From Selaginella moellendorffii (Eukaryota > Plantae > Lycopodiophyta): a DNA stretch of 64,000 nucleotides. The notes below the pieces were generated by a model that did no database searches, was not told the DNA's origin, and saw nothing but the letters and a program-made list of their open reading frames with translations. This document shows, piece by piece, positions 1 through 13,500 of the stretch. The translations under genes were made by a program, and so were the position numbers. Location: the NCBI RefSeq assembly GCF_000143415.4, contig NW_003314417.1, forward strand, positions 1 to 64,000. Reading direction: 5' to 3'. Numbering within the stretch: the first letter of the stretch is position 1; each line of letters begins with the position of its first letter.

Positions 1-70
1 GGACAATGCTCCCTTTGAATCTCCTAGGAAGATCTCGTGTGGACGTTTCCTCCCAGTCCAGGAGTTTTCA
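1..70 (+). repeat. 3' end of the element A 5' LTR (LTR starts left of the window)
   Basis: 15-70 matches 37371-37436, ends in CA and is followed directly by a PBS. Confidence 0.85.
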
Positions 71-71
71 C

Positions 72-88
72 TGGCGACCACGGTGGGA
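72..88 (+). promoter_or_regulatory. Primer binding site complementary to tRNA-Arg(UCG)
   Basis: TGGCGACCACGGTGGGA is complementary to the plant tRNA-Arg 3' end ...TCCCACYGTGGTCG-CCA. Confidence 0.8.
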
Positions 89-450
89 TGAGACGACGTG
101 AAGAGCTCATGGAATAGAGCAGACCAAGACGCTCATTTCCCCCAAAACTTCAAGGAAAACGGACCAAAGACGCACAAGAAAATGGCATAGGAAGAAAAAG
201 CCCCAAAAATCAAGAAAAACAAGACCGTAAAACAAAAACGGTGGAAGAGCATGAAGGAATGAAGAAAAAAAAATGGAGCGTAAGACCAAAAGATGAAGAA
301 CACTTGAAGATTGAAGCCACCTAAGTCGTGGAAAACTTGGAGCATACGCATAACTGTTTTTGGCGAGAGGTTGAAGAAAGCGAATATTCCAAGGATCTGC
401 GATAAGGAAACGACTAAGGGAAAATTCTAGCGGCTGGAGATGGAGGAAGA

Positions 451-1875
451 ATGAAAAAGCACAACTGCCCATTTGGAGACACAAGCTGTACAAGATACGA
501 AGACTGCCTTTTGTGTGGTTTCAGAAATTGTGCAAAACCGTACAAGCAATGCTATCCAAAATGGCGATGCGACACTTGCAAGCAAGCAAAAGCAAGACTC
601 CGAATCAAGGATGAAAATGCCACAGTGGAGGAGAGTAGGAAACGAGAAGAAATAGCCCAAGAAAACGACACCAAAAAGAGAGACGATAGTTTAGAACAAG
701 CTGCGAAACAAAGCTTTAGTTGTTTACAAAAACTTCAAGAAACGATTCTGCGACTCTTCTACAAATTGTCTAGCAAATAGGAGGGATGCAAAAATGAGGA
801 AATGTTGAAAGAAAAATATGTTTACTTCGATTTCTTTGCAACTCGAAGAACCCTGACTTGGGTGTATTGCGGACACCTCTTTCAACAAACGATTGTTGAA
901 TTCCTAGGCATACACAAACATGAAACTTTTCAACCATTAACGCTTGCTTTCAACACTGATTTGACGAGAGTCATAGTAGCAACAGAGTGTGGAATTTTNN
1001 NNNNNNNNNNNNNNNNNNNNNNNNNNNNNNNNNNNNNNNNNNNNNNNNNNNNNNNNNNNNNNNNNNNNNNNNNNNNNNNNNNNNNNNNNNNNNNNNNNCA
1101 AGTTCGTTGGTTTGTGGACACTCTTAGATTTAGAGATTTCGAAGAGAACGCGGAATTACTTTACCGACTTCTTCAAAGTCCTCTCCGTGTAATGCTACCA
1201 ACAAGCACTCTTCTCGAATTATATGCTATAGCATATTGGCACCGTTTAGGACGGACGAGAATAGCTGGAGAATTAAGAAATCAAGGACAAGGCCATCAAC
1301 AAATTCCAATTCGGAATTCGAGTTTAAGAAACCGACGGGAACCTGAACTTGCATCAAGTTCAAGGGAACGACTTGTAAACTCAAGGATAACAAGTCGAAG
1401 GAGGAGAAATTTAAGACAGAATCACAATAGGCCGAGATTAAATACAGTAACAAACTTCAACTTTGACACTGAGGTCCAACGTCGAAACCCCAGCCTAGAG
1501 CTACATATCACTCGCAACCAACAAGGAAGAGTGCGTCCAAGCAGTCTCAACATTTTAAGGAGTATTTTAGGAGATCCTGCGTCAAGGATTCAAACTTATA
1601 ATGCAAGAGTATTAATTGAGACTATCCCTTGGGAAGTTCGTGAAGCGATCGACTCTGATCGTGAAAGAGAACACGCTCTACGACAGAGAGAAATAGAACA
1701 CCACTAGCAAGAACAGCATCAGGGAAATGCACCATCACAAAATCGACCATAGAGAAAATTGCGCTGGATAAACCCGCGCACACATAGGCTTAAAGCAACA
1801 AGAATCTGTTGGAAACTATACTGTGACGTGTGGACGTCATTAGAGACTAGAAACATACAAGAATTAGGACATTAA
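451..1875 (+). pseudogene. Degenerate extra ORF in the 5' leader of element A, Cys-rich N-terminus, function unknown
   Basis: ORFs 451-780 and 802-1707 share a frame and are separated by a single TAG. The frame continues past two more TAGs to ~1875. Frame across the N gap is not reliable. Confidence 0.45.
999..1098. other. Assembly gap (100 N placeholder)
   Basis: Run of exactly 100 N. Confidence 0.99.
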
Positions 1876-2262
1876 AATACAACCACTGCTGTATTCAGCA
1901 TTTTCAAATACTACCAACGACTGGGAAACACAAACGTTCATAGTGAGAGCTCGCATTCCAGTACGACCACCATATTGTAAGAGACCAAAACAATTGTTCA
2001 AGAATTTAGATAAGATTGGACTCCTAAAGAGAGTTGCAATCGTTTGCATACCTGCTCGATCCCAAACTTGGAGAGCAGCACCAAATATCACTAGCGAACA
2101 GCTACATCGATCAATATATGACACAACCAACCTCCTTCCACAAACAAAATCGTACTTACTTACACCACCAGATTTTTCAAATACAAGACCTTTCCTAAGC
2201 TAGACTCAGGAAAGTGACCTCGAGAAGAAACTCGGGAAGAATCGAGAAAGAAAAACTCGATT

Positions 2263-2410
2263 GAAGACTCAAGACACAAGAGCTTGACTTCGCATTTCTA
2301 CTACAAAACCAAACTTGCAGAAGACTCAAGACACAAGAGCTTGACTTCGCATTTATACACCAAAAACAAACTTGCTGAAGACTCAAGACATAAGAGCTTG
2401 ACTTTGCAAT
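2263..2410 (+). repeat. 57-bp tandem repeat, ~2.6 copies, upstream of gag
   Basis: GAAGACTCAAGACACAAGAGCTTGACTTCGCATTT unit at 2263, 2320 and 2377. Confidence 0.9.
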
Positions 2411-2506
2411 CTATGAAGAACAACATCTGACTCCAGACAACTTAGGCAAAACATAAATTCAGGAAACTTATCTCAACATTCAAGTTGGGAAGACTCAGCA
2501 AACTGA

Positions 2507-5500
2507 ATGTACAAACACAAACCAGACCCAATCAAGATCCGGGAAAGAGATCTTCGACAAAAGAATCGAGAAGTGAAAAAGGAAGAGATAGGAAAAGAGA
2601 AACTAGAACAACAACAGCAACAAATTTTAGAAACAATATTAGAGAAGTACGACAAGGAGGATAAAGAAATTCAAGTTGCCGAGTCAAGCAACTCAGCCAA
2701 CGATAACAAAGAACTAAATAGTGAAGACGCCCCAAAGTTTGAGGCATTTGAAGAAGCCAAATACATAGCACCAAAGTTTTACTCCAATCCAGACTCACCA
2801 GAACAACAATTTCACCAACAAAGTCTACAACTTCAAATGGCAATCATCAATCCAGCGACAGCCATAGGGAACATGATTTCCTATCCCATTTTTACTGGTG
2901 GAAAAACCGAAGATGCAAACCAGCATCTTAAACAATTTGATCAAATTGTAAAGATGAACAAACAGGAAATGCATCGAGAAATACTTTTCCCATACACACT
3001 TAAAGGAAAAGCACTCGATTGGCATAATACACTCGATGATGCTTTGACCCATGATGAAAAAGTCACACAATTCAAGGAGCAATTCCAGACCGGTGGAACT
3101 CCAGAAGAACACTATGAGATCATCAAAAACTTCAAGCAAAAATCACGTGAAGGAATTCAAGATTATACTCGAAGATTTAAGTTTCATGCAAAGCGCTGCA
3201 AGGATTTGATAACAGATAAAGGAAAGAGCTTATCCTATATCCAAGGACTAAAAGAAATCTATCGAAACATGGTAGCAATTGCTGCTGCAACAGAGAATCC
3301 AGATGATGAAAGTGTTGATACACTCTCCAAAGAAATCCTCACATTGGAAAAGCGATTCAAGCAATTCACAAAAGCTATACCTTCACAAACTGATGACGGT
3401 TCAGATGATGAAGAAGAGGAAGAAATACGCATTAAGACAAAGAAGAAAACACCAAAAGACCAAGACTTGAAGGATATAATTAGGAAAATCTCACAAACCG
3501 AACTCAAAGCAGGAGTGTGGTGTACAAAGTGTAAAAACGAGGGACATACATATTTGGAATGTAAATTACAGCTTCCAAAGTGTCAAATTTGTGAAAGAGA
3601 AGGCCATACAGCCAGGAAATGTCGATACAGGAATACAATGGAAGTTTCAAGAATTGAGAATGCTCCTCGACAAGAGCCCAATCCTCAATATCAAGGCAAC
3701 TGGAATCAAAACGCGCGACCACCACGAAATCAACTTCCAAGATATAACAATTATTATCAACATGATGATAATTTGTATAATCAAAGACAAAATTATTACC
3801 AGCGAGACAATAGCAACTACAATAGAATACCCCCACAAGATCAAAGACCAAACAACTATACTGGAAATTATGGAAGAAACTACAATACATATCAGCAACG
3901 TGATGGACCTCAGGACAATTATCAACGTCCTCCCCCACGGAATTACAATTATGATCAAGCACCATATCGGAATTATAATCAAAGACCACCCCAGGCTCAA
4001 GGTTACAATTACAACCAGCAACCTGCACCGCAGCAAGATAATCGTCCTCGACAACCTTACCAAAATGTAAATCGTGAAAATAACCAAGGAGTAAACAATC
4101 AGGCTCCGAGGCCCAGACCACCAGCAGCACGGAATGTTGAGGTGGAAATTGACGAACCACAAACTTTTGAAGAACCAGCAATACGAACTATCACGAGACA
4201 ACAATATAAGTCTCAGCAACCAGATAATCTGGAAGAACAAGATTACAATGATGAAATTGAAATTATCCCAGAAACCGAATGGAAGAAAAGCAAGAAAATA
4301 CTACAAGCAATTCAGGCTGAATTGCAGGAACAAGAACCACAAGTCATTGAAGACCATGACAAACCATCCAACGATCATCAAACAACAAGTTTCTCTGAAG
4401 AAGAGCACACCTCACTTGCAGAACAAATACTGCAACACGGAATTACATTAACGTTACAACAAATACTTCAAATAGCACCATATCTTAAGAGCCAAATACT
4501 AAAGATTTGTTGTCCACAAATTCCTGATGCTCGCACTCAAGAAAAGCAATTTCCATCTAAAACTGAGAAAGAGGATAACGTAAAAATCCAACCTGGAGAT
4601 TACGATGATAATGTACCTTGTATTGACATCAACATAGGCAAGAATCAAATCAATGGAGCAATACTCGATGGAGGCTCAGGCGTGAATATCATCGAGCATG
4701 GTATATGTAAAGCAATGGGACTTGGACCTATACAACCTGCTCCTTTCAATGTCCGCATGGCAGACCAACATGTTGTACGACCAGCTGGCATAATAAGAGA
4801 TATCACCATTGGAATCAAAGGACACAAGTTCAAGATCAATTTCGTGGTATTAAAAATGCCAATTGAAGAATCCTCTTACGAACTCTTGCTTGGAAGACCA
4901 TGGCTAAACAAAGCAGTTTATGCTCAATATTGGATGGACCATGAAATTTGTATACAATCAGACAAAGGACAAACGAAAATAGCTACAACTACAACCAGGA
5001 AAATTCCGAAAAGATTTCAACCAATTCAAGCCCAAGAATACAATTGGCAAGAAGGCTTGGACGACCTTGAAGAAGCCAAACTCCTTGAAGCTTACCCAGA
5101 GTTACGAGCTTTTCAAGAAATCGATTTACATCATGTACTACCAGTCGTGGCTCCGGACCAGCACCACGACTTAAACTCAATGGACCAACCACTCTATTCT
5201 ACAAAGCTACACGCTCAAAATCAACAAAAATTAAAGATAAAACAACAAAACGAGAAGCCAACTCTCAAGCCTGAACAATTACATTCTAAAGAATACAACA
5301 TTCAGATTGATGATAATCCAGCTCTACAATCTGGAAATGACGACTTTACACCCCGAATTAACCTCAATGAAGAAACTGAAGAACTCAATCTTGGACTTCA
5401 AGAAGATCCACACAACATAATCATTGCTGCAAATCTTGACAAAAACTTCAAGATCAAAGCTCAACAATTACTCATAACCTACAAGGACGTTTTCGCATGG

Positions 5501-8075
5501 TCATACAAAGATCTCAAGGGAATACCCCCAGAACTATGTACACATTGCATAGAGTTACTACCAGGAACTCGACCAATTAAGCAAACAGCTTATCGCATGA
5601 ACCCAAACTTCGCTGATAAAGTCAAAACAGAACTCAATAAACTACAAGATGCTGGATTCATTTACCCCATCAAGAATGCACAATGGTTGTCACCATTGGT
5701 TATCGTTCCGAAAAAGAACGGCAAATTGCGAGTTTGTGTCAATTACAAAAAGTTGAACGATGTGACGGAAAAAGACTCATTTCCCATACCATTCTCCGAT
5801 GAGATACTCGACGCAGTTGCAGGACATGAGATGTACTCATTCCTTGACGGATTTTCGGGATATAATCAAGTTCACATTGCACCAGAAGATCAATACAAGA
5901 CTGCCTTCATCAGTCCATGGGGCGCATATGCATACTCCAGAATGCCATTCGGATTAACGAATGCACCATTTACTTTTCAAAGGATAATTACCGACACATT
6001 TCAGGAATACTTGACTGATTTTATGCGTGTCTTCATGGATGACTTCAGCATTTTTGGAGCAAAAGAAAAACACCTTGAACACTTAGAAAAGTGTTTCATT
6101 AAATGTCGACAAAACCGAGTTGCACTTAATCCAGAAAAGTGTATTTTCTTTGTCAAATCAGGAATACTTCTTGGCCATGTCGTTTGTAAAGACGGAATTC
6201 TCATTGACAAAGCAAAAACAGAGGTCATCGTCAAAATGACTCCACCCATGGATATAACGAGTTTGCGAAGATTTCTCGGAAAAATGGGTTACCATAGACG
6301 TTTTATTCAAGACTATGCCAAGATTGCTACACCGCTCACAGAGCTCCTTAAGAAATCTCACGTTTACGCATGGACACAAGATTGCCAACTGGCCTTTGAC
6401 ACACTTAAGGATATGCTTACGAAAGCCCCCATACTGGTTCAACCAGACTGGACACAGGAATTCATTGTACAAGTAGATGCATCTGATTATGCACTTGGAG
6501 CTATACTTTGCCAGAGAAAAACAGATAATAGAGACCATCCCATATACTACGCAAGCCGCAGACTCTCCCCACCAGAGATGAACTATACAACCACAGAAAA
6601 AGAGGCATTAGGAATGGTCTATGCACTCACCAAATTTCGACATTACCTCCTTTCCAAAAAAGTCAAGATCATGGTTGATCACCAAGCCCTCTTACACTTA
6701 CTCAACAAGACAATACTCACAGGAAGAATTGCGCGATGGTTTCTTCTACTTCAAGAATTCAACTTTGAGCTTATTCATAAGCCAGGCAAACAACATACGC
6801 AAGCTGATCATCTTAGTCGACTTATCACGGGAGAACAAGTCACGAAATCCAACGATGACTTACCTGATTCACACCTTTTTAAGGTCACAACTCAAGGAAT
6901 GCTCCAGGATATTTACAAATTTTTTACGACAACCAAGATCCCAAATCACTACTTCACCAACGATCAAAGGAAACAATTTGTCTTGAGGACACGACGATAT
7001 TCAGTCGTGGGAGGCAAACTATATAAGCTTGGACATGACAACATCTTGAGAAGATGCATAGAATCACAAGAAGAGATTAAGGATCTACTCGATGAAGCTC
7101 AAGCAGGACGATCGGGAGGTCATTTTGCCGAAGAAATTACGGCCAGGAAAGTGTTACAAGCTGGATTATGGTGGCCGACACTCTGGAAAGATGCCACTCA
7201 GCATTGTCAAGAATGTGACATATGTCAAAGAACGAAGTTTCCACCGAGGAAACAAACTTAGGAATTGAATCCAACAACAGCATTGGAACCCTTCCAGCGT
7301 TGGGGACTTGATTTTGTTGGACCTATAGCAAAAAGTAGCAAAGGAAATCAATACATTTTGGTCGCTACCGACTATATGACAAAATGGGCAGAAGCTCTCC
7401 CACTAAAGAAAGCCACAGCGAAAAATACAGCCAAGTTTCTCTATGAAACAATTATAACACGATATGGATTACCGCGAGAAATTGTTACAGATCGAGGAAC
7501 ACATTTTCTGAATGAGACCATCGACATTCTCGTTAAAGAATTTATCATCAACCATAAGAAGTCAACACCATATTACCCCCAGGGAAATGGACAAGCAGAA
7601 TCAACAAACAAAACGCTTAAAAACATACTCAAGAAAATCGTCAAGACAAACCTTAAGGATTGGGATGAAAGGATTTACGATGCTCTTTGGGCTTACAGAA
7701 CAGCCTACAAAGTTTCAACAAATTCTACACCTTTTAAGCTTGCTTATGGCCTGGAAGCGTTAACACCACTAGAGTACACAGTACCATCCTTGAGAATGGC
7801 AATTGAACTTCAAATTAATCAAGAAGAATCGATCAAGAAAAGACTCGCAATGCTTGAGAAACTCGATGAAGAAAGACTAAGTGCAATATGGACAATCGAA
7901 GCAATACAAGCTAGAAGAAAAGCTTACCACGATCGCAAACAAGTCAAGAAAAACAAAGCGTATTACAAAGTAGGAGATCTTGTATTATGGTATCGTGGCA
8001 ATGTGGATAAACTTGGAGGAAAACTCGTTCATCAATGGGAAGGACCATTCAAGATTATGAGTATACAAATCCCAG
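2507..8075 (+). pseudogene. Element A gag-pol part 1 (Gag, two CCHC knuckles, protease, RT, RNase H, integrase); one in-frame TAG at 7259-7261
   Basis: CTKCKNEGHTYLEC and CQICEREGHTARKC; ILDGGSGVN; LDGFSGYNQ...FMDDF; VDASDYALGA; HHCC; WGLDFVGP...TDRG...GQAE; GPF motif cut by B1. Confidence 0.95.
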
Positions 8076-8520
8076 TGTAAGGAACAAACTCGCCGAGGTG
8101 TCGTAGGCTAAGGGAACCCCGAAAGCATGACCAAAATGACAAAGAGTTCATCGGATGGGACCAAGTCAAAGATCGAGTCCAAGACCGACTCTAGGACTGA
8201 GTTCGAGATAGAGTCCGGAATCGAGTCCAAGACCGACTCGGGGACCGAGTTCGAGTCCGAGTTCGAGACCGAGTTCGAGACGGAGTCCGAGATCCGAAAT
8301 CGGGTCCGAGACCGAGTCCGAAGTCGAGTCCGAGGTCAGGCCCGAGATCGGGTCCGAGATCAAGTCCGCGATCGAGTCCGAGACCGAATCCGAAGTCGGA
8401 TCCGAAATCGGATCCGAGATCGAGCCAGAGACTAAGTCCAAATACTAATACGGGTCAAGGGGTGAAAGCCCAAAGCGTGCGTCCCCCAAGGGGGGGGGGC
8501 TGCAGGGGGTTCCAAAAGTA
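8076..8520 (+). repeat. B1 5' LTR, truncated by a ~1.3 kb deletion that removes the rest of the LTR, the PBS and the gag start
   Basis: Matches the start of the 3' LTR at 26273, then jumps via a short ATCC filler into gag (B2 position ~34217). Confidence 0.93.
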
Positions 8521-8524
8521 ATCC

Positions 8525-10088
8525 CAGATAATGCCAAGTCTTGGTGGAGAACAACGGAGGCCAACGAAGGACCGGTGGTCACTTGGGACATGATGAAGGC
8601 GAGGATCCGCGCAACATATGTTCCTCCGAATGCCACTCTGCATCTGAGGGATGAACTGAGTAGGCTGAAACAGACAGGAACCATCCAGGAATATGTGAAT
8701 GGGTTCATGGCAAAGAGGATACTTGTCACGGACATGGGGGATATGGATGCGTTCCATGCCTTCATATCAGGTTTGCAAACCTGGGCTCGCGGCGAGGTGA
8801 TGAGGTGGAACCCGACCAACTACAAGGAAGCGTTGGATGCGGCCATCAAGGTGCATTTCAACGATAACCTGCGAAAGGGGAACACGACGGGGTCGGGATC
8901 CACATTTAGCAAAGGGGCCAAACCAAGGGGAACGTATAGCAAGGGGAAATTCAAAAGGAGTTTCTCTAAGAATGAGTCCTCGGGGTTCCGGAAAGGCAAA
9001 TCCGGTGGCTAGCGAGCGAGTACGTGGGGGAGTCAAGCGAAAAAGGACAAACCCACGGATAAGAAGGTCAAGTCGTATAGCAGCGTGGGAAACAACGTAT
9101 GCTACAACTGCGGCGAAGCGGGACACTTCTCGAGGGAATGTCCCTACCCGAAGAAGGCCAGAGCCAATATGGCCATCAAGTCGGGTGAAGTCCAAACTGA
9201 GGTATGTGATCCAGTCCCTAACTCAAAGTTACTCATTACACGAGCAACTTTGGTAGAGAGTCGTTCGCGACATCTACTAGCCCTCCGAGGGAAGCTCGGA
9301 GGTAGCTTTGTTAAGATCCTTATTGACACGGGTGCTTCGGATAATTTTGTGGCTGCAGACATAGTCCGGCAAGCCGGACTAACGGTGCAGCGGCTAGGCG
9401 AACCAAGGACTATAGAGTTTGTTCAGGGTAGCCAAAGCACCGATGAGGTACTTCGACAAGCGAGAGTCGAAGTGGGGACATGGAAAGTGGACATGGATTT
9501 CACCGTCTTGGATATGGCGGGATTTGACGTGATCTTCGGAATGGATTGGTTTAATCGGTTCGTGGTAGCGCTGCATGGACAAGGTAGGAACCTTGTGGTA
9601 TTGGCGAATGCCCAAGGAAGAAGATCTAGGGTGGAGGCCTAGGATCTAAAGGTAGGGCAAAGCAAGGCCAAAGAGTCATGCTTGAACCTGGTGTCCACGA
9701 GAGGACAACTCACTAAAGGAACTAAGGCAGCCTTTTTGTGCTTACTCTCGGTGAAGAGTGACAAAAAGACAAGAACGGAAGAAGTGCCTTTAGTGATCCA
9801 GCGAGTGTTAGACCAATTCCAGGATACCATGCCGGAGGAGCTACCGGCGGGGTTGCCCCCCGCACGACCGATAGAACATAAGATTGAGCTTGTCGAGGGC
9901 GCTGAGGCGGTGGTTCGTCCCCCCTATCGTTTGAACGAAAAAGAACTCAAGGAGCTCAAGTGCCAACTAGAGGAGTTGGTGGGCAAAGGGTATGTTAGGT
10001 TGAGCAAGTCGCCGTATGGGGCGCCGGTATTATTTGTGAAAAAGAAAGATGGATCTATGCGCATGTGCATAGATTACCGGTTGCTCAA
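8525..10088 (+). pseudogene. B1 gag-protease-RT N-terminus, with two premature TAG stops (9010, 9640)
   Basis: Colinear with B2, where both codons are CAG; [14 protein letters not shown] and LIDTGAS motifs. Confidence 0.95.
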
Positions 10089-10112
10089 AAGCTCTATTTC
10101 GTTAAAGTGGGA
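10089..10112 (+). repeat. D1 left TIR
   Basis: Reverse complement of 23155-23178; AAGTGGGA core repeated inverted at ~10123-10130. Confidence 0.97.
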
Positions 10113-10519
10113 ATTGTCATTATCCCACTTGTAAAATAAGGTTTCCAAACCTTTATATAGTATATAAATATAAAAAAATTCAACTGCATTGAGGCACATG
10201 CCATTTTATTTTAAACAAGGAAATGTCTACTCAATCACTTCTCACTGCTTCACCTCTCTCTTCTCCTTGTCATCGTCGTCCAATTTCTTTCCATCCTTTT
10301 AATATTGGCTCAGTTACTCCGAGTCTAGGTGGAGCCCAAGTCCCCATTCAATCTTTACTTTCCCCTTATTAATAAAACAACTTCGTAGACTTCCAATAAC
10401 ATGCTGTAACACTTCTAGTATAATGCAAATCCTCTCAAAGAATTGTCTTTTAATATTAATACAATGGCATGGAACCCCATGCCATAATAAGTTACATTTT
10501 TAAATAAATACATGCCATC

Positions 10520-13500
10520 TCAGACTGTTATTTTTTGCCTCCAACGCCTATACAATAATCTTGGAATTTCATCACTCTCCACACTATCAGGATTTAAACC
10601 CAATAGTAATGCCATCTCTTCTCTAATACGTCCACGCTCATGTTCAGTGGTCGAAGAACCCATCCGGTTGAGCAGATTATGGAGATGCGGATAGTGCTTG
10701 GCTAGACAATATACATGCCATAAATGATGACTGGTGTCTGTCTGATCAAATGGCTTCTGATATACCGTTCCATCTGCCATTTGGTTGATTTCTGCAGCCA
10801 CCTCCTGGACTGGCCGGTTCTCTATCACCATCGCTTCAAGCCGTTTTGCAAGGTCCCCCAGAACATACGGTTTCTTCTCCCTAGTTTCCATACTACAAGA
10901 GATGGGGTGCACTGCATATGTGTGCGTGTTCGCTGCAGTTTTAATCGGCGAGTCATCGATGATGAGGATTTCACTTGACCTAGCAGTCCGGTTCATCACT
11001 ACAGCCTCTGCCTTGACGAAGATGGGCTTGCTACCCCTCACATGGACCATAGTCAAGCAATCCTCCTGCGTTAGGAGAAAGTCAAATAGTAATATTACTC
11101 GCGTCTGATCGTGCATCATCTGTAGCAACGTTAATGCATTGTGGCGCATCATGGATGTCCAAACTCCCAATTGCAAATTGAACCCGGCCCTCTGTTTTAA
11201 GTGTCGCATGGTCATTATTAGATCCCGCAGTTTCTCCCGTGTGATTAATGTGAATCTGTCTCTTTTGACCAACTTGCGACCGCAGGCTTTGGAGGGTGCA
11301 GTGACATTCGAGGACGAGCCACGCTCATGGGAGAAAAGGACACCGTTCAGATCAAAAACGATACAGTACTTTCGCCGTGACTCTGAAATGAAATGCGTTA
11401 GCATAAAAAATGGTACAAGTCAATTTTACCATCTACAATATTAGCGAATGGTGCTCCCGATGGTCGTTGAGAGGGTTTTGGTCGAGGAAACGTGAAGGGC
11501 GGAAATACTCTCCTCTGCAATGTGGGGTCAATCGCATCCGATGGCGTGTGGGCACATGCCATTTCAGCTGTAGACTCTGGTACAACTGGCTCAACAGTGG
11601 CATGGGGTGGTTCCGATGGCGTGTGATCACACGCCATTTCAGCTGGTGCCTCCGTTGGCAAAGTGGACATGACCGAACAGGTAGCAGGGGCGGTGTAGGG
11701 AGGTTCCAACGGCGCGTAGTCAGACGATTGGGCACACGTTGGAAATGAGGATACGACCGGCTCGGCGGCTGGGGCGGCCTCATGCGGGTCCAATGGCGCC
11801 TGGTCACCGTCAGTTGGATACGTGGACAAGATTGACTCAGTGGTATGGGCAGCATCAAGTGGAGTGTGGTCAGCTTGCTTGGCGTTGATATGGATAGTAG
11901 CCTCCACTAGCTCTGATGACTCTTGCAGGCAAGTAGAGTCCACTGGCGGATCCATATGCATGTCCAAATATCTCCCTTCGATTGAGATGGTATCCTCCCG
12001 TGCTACTAAAAACAAACTCATTAGCACATTGAATCGACTATACTGTATTTACCATCAACTGCTATTGAGGAACTAGGACCGATATCACTTGGGCGCACTG
12101 CTGATTCTGAAGGATTGGACATACGTTTCGACCCTTGCTTGGCACTATCCTTCCTCGACACTAAAGGCTAGAGTTTGTATCTTAATTCAACTGAATAATC
12201 TCTACTTACCATTTCTTCTGCGACCTACATGGATAATGTTAGAAATGGTAAAAGGTTAGGAATGGATGTACTATTATTTACCTGATGGTTTGTCTTGTAT
12301 GACCTTCCTCCGCTGCTCTTTGGCCACCTCAGGCTGGCCATCATCGTCATCATCGTCATCGTCGTTATTGTGATCGTCACCATTGTGAGGACCATCCAAG
12401 TCCTCTTCGTCCTCCTCTTCTTCGTCCTCCTCTTCGTCCTTCTGCTCTTCCTGCTCATTATCTTTCTCTGGCTCCTCATCCCCCTCTTGCATTTCTTCCA
12501 TAGGCTGCTCAGGCTGGATTGCTTGTTTTTCCAGGACCATCTTGGAAAAATCATCTGGCCGAGTCTCCATCTCAAAATACAAGACATCCATAGCCTGTTT
12601 TAGTGCGTGACCTAGGACCGTATCCTCACCCGACTATCTTAACATGGTTTCTGCACGTTCTTGCACCCTTCGAAGACGACGAGATGAGAAAAACGTGGCC
12701 CTGACTTGAAAAGCATCCCTCATCCATTGTACCTCTCCATTGAGATTGGGGAAGGGGAGTCCGCCATAGGAATCTGAGTCAGAAGGTGGTGACTGGCTCC
12801 TTTCACTCAGCCCTTGATCTGCAATGAATGGCATGAGCACACACACCATAACCGCGAGGCATTACCTATCATCTTTTCGTTGCCCTTCTTCCTTTTCGAA
12901 TCAAACGCCTCTGATCCCGACGACTGTCCAACGTGCTTTCGCTTTTTATGACCACTGTCAGTTTGAGCTTGGCTGGTGCTTGCCTGTTTTGCCTTTGAAG
13001 AAGTGTCTCCTGCAAGGAATGGCATGAGACCACACGCCATTGCAAATATAATTTGTACCTCCTTTTTTCCTATTGCTTGTCTGTTTGTCCTTCTTCGACG
13101 CGCCACCAGTGCGCTTTTCAGTCCTCGTGTCTGAATATTCACAACGATCTATAATCAAAATGGCGTGAGGCCTCACGTGACCTTACCTTGTGCAGGTTGT
13201 GACCTCGGCCTAACATCAGTAGCTGTTAACGCCGTTTCAGCATCTGGGGGTGGCCACGCTCCTGCATACAGAGCTTGTGAGATAACATTTAAACTTAAAG
13301 TGCGTACTCACCAGGTTCGTAGAGAAGATACTGTTTTTCTTTGGCAACTGTAATTATATGCTCCATTGAAGTCACCTCTTCAATGGAGTTTGTCACCGCA
13401 ACACACGGGACACCCTTGAGTAGTGCGGCTCGAAAGAATAGTCCGCCGCAGTTGTACTCGACAACGCATTTGCCCTTGGAGTCACCCGCTATTGCGTTGA

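Noticed and set aside
7259-7261. Programmed stop readthrough in element A
   Set aside because: Lies inside the integrase, not at the gag/pol border; a CAG>TAG mutation is simpler
8127-8441. 102-aa RD/RS-rich ORF and antisense ORFs in each B LTR
   Set aside because: By-products of a stop-poor hexamer array; the frame is broken by a 19-bp duplication in the B2 5' LTR
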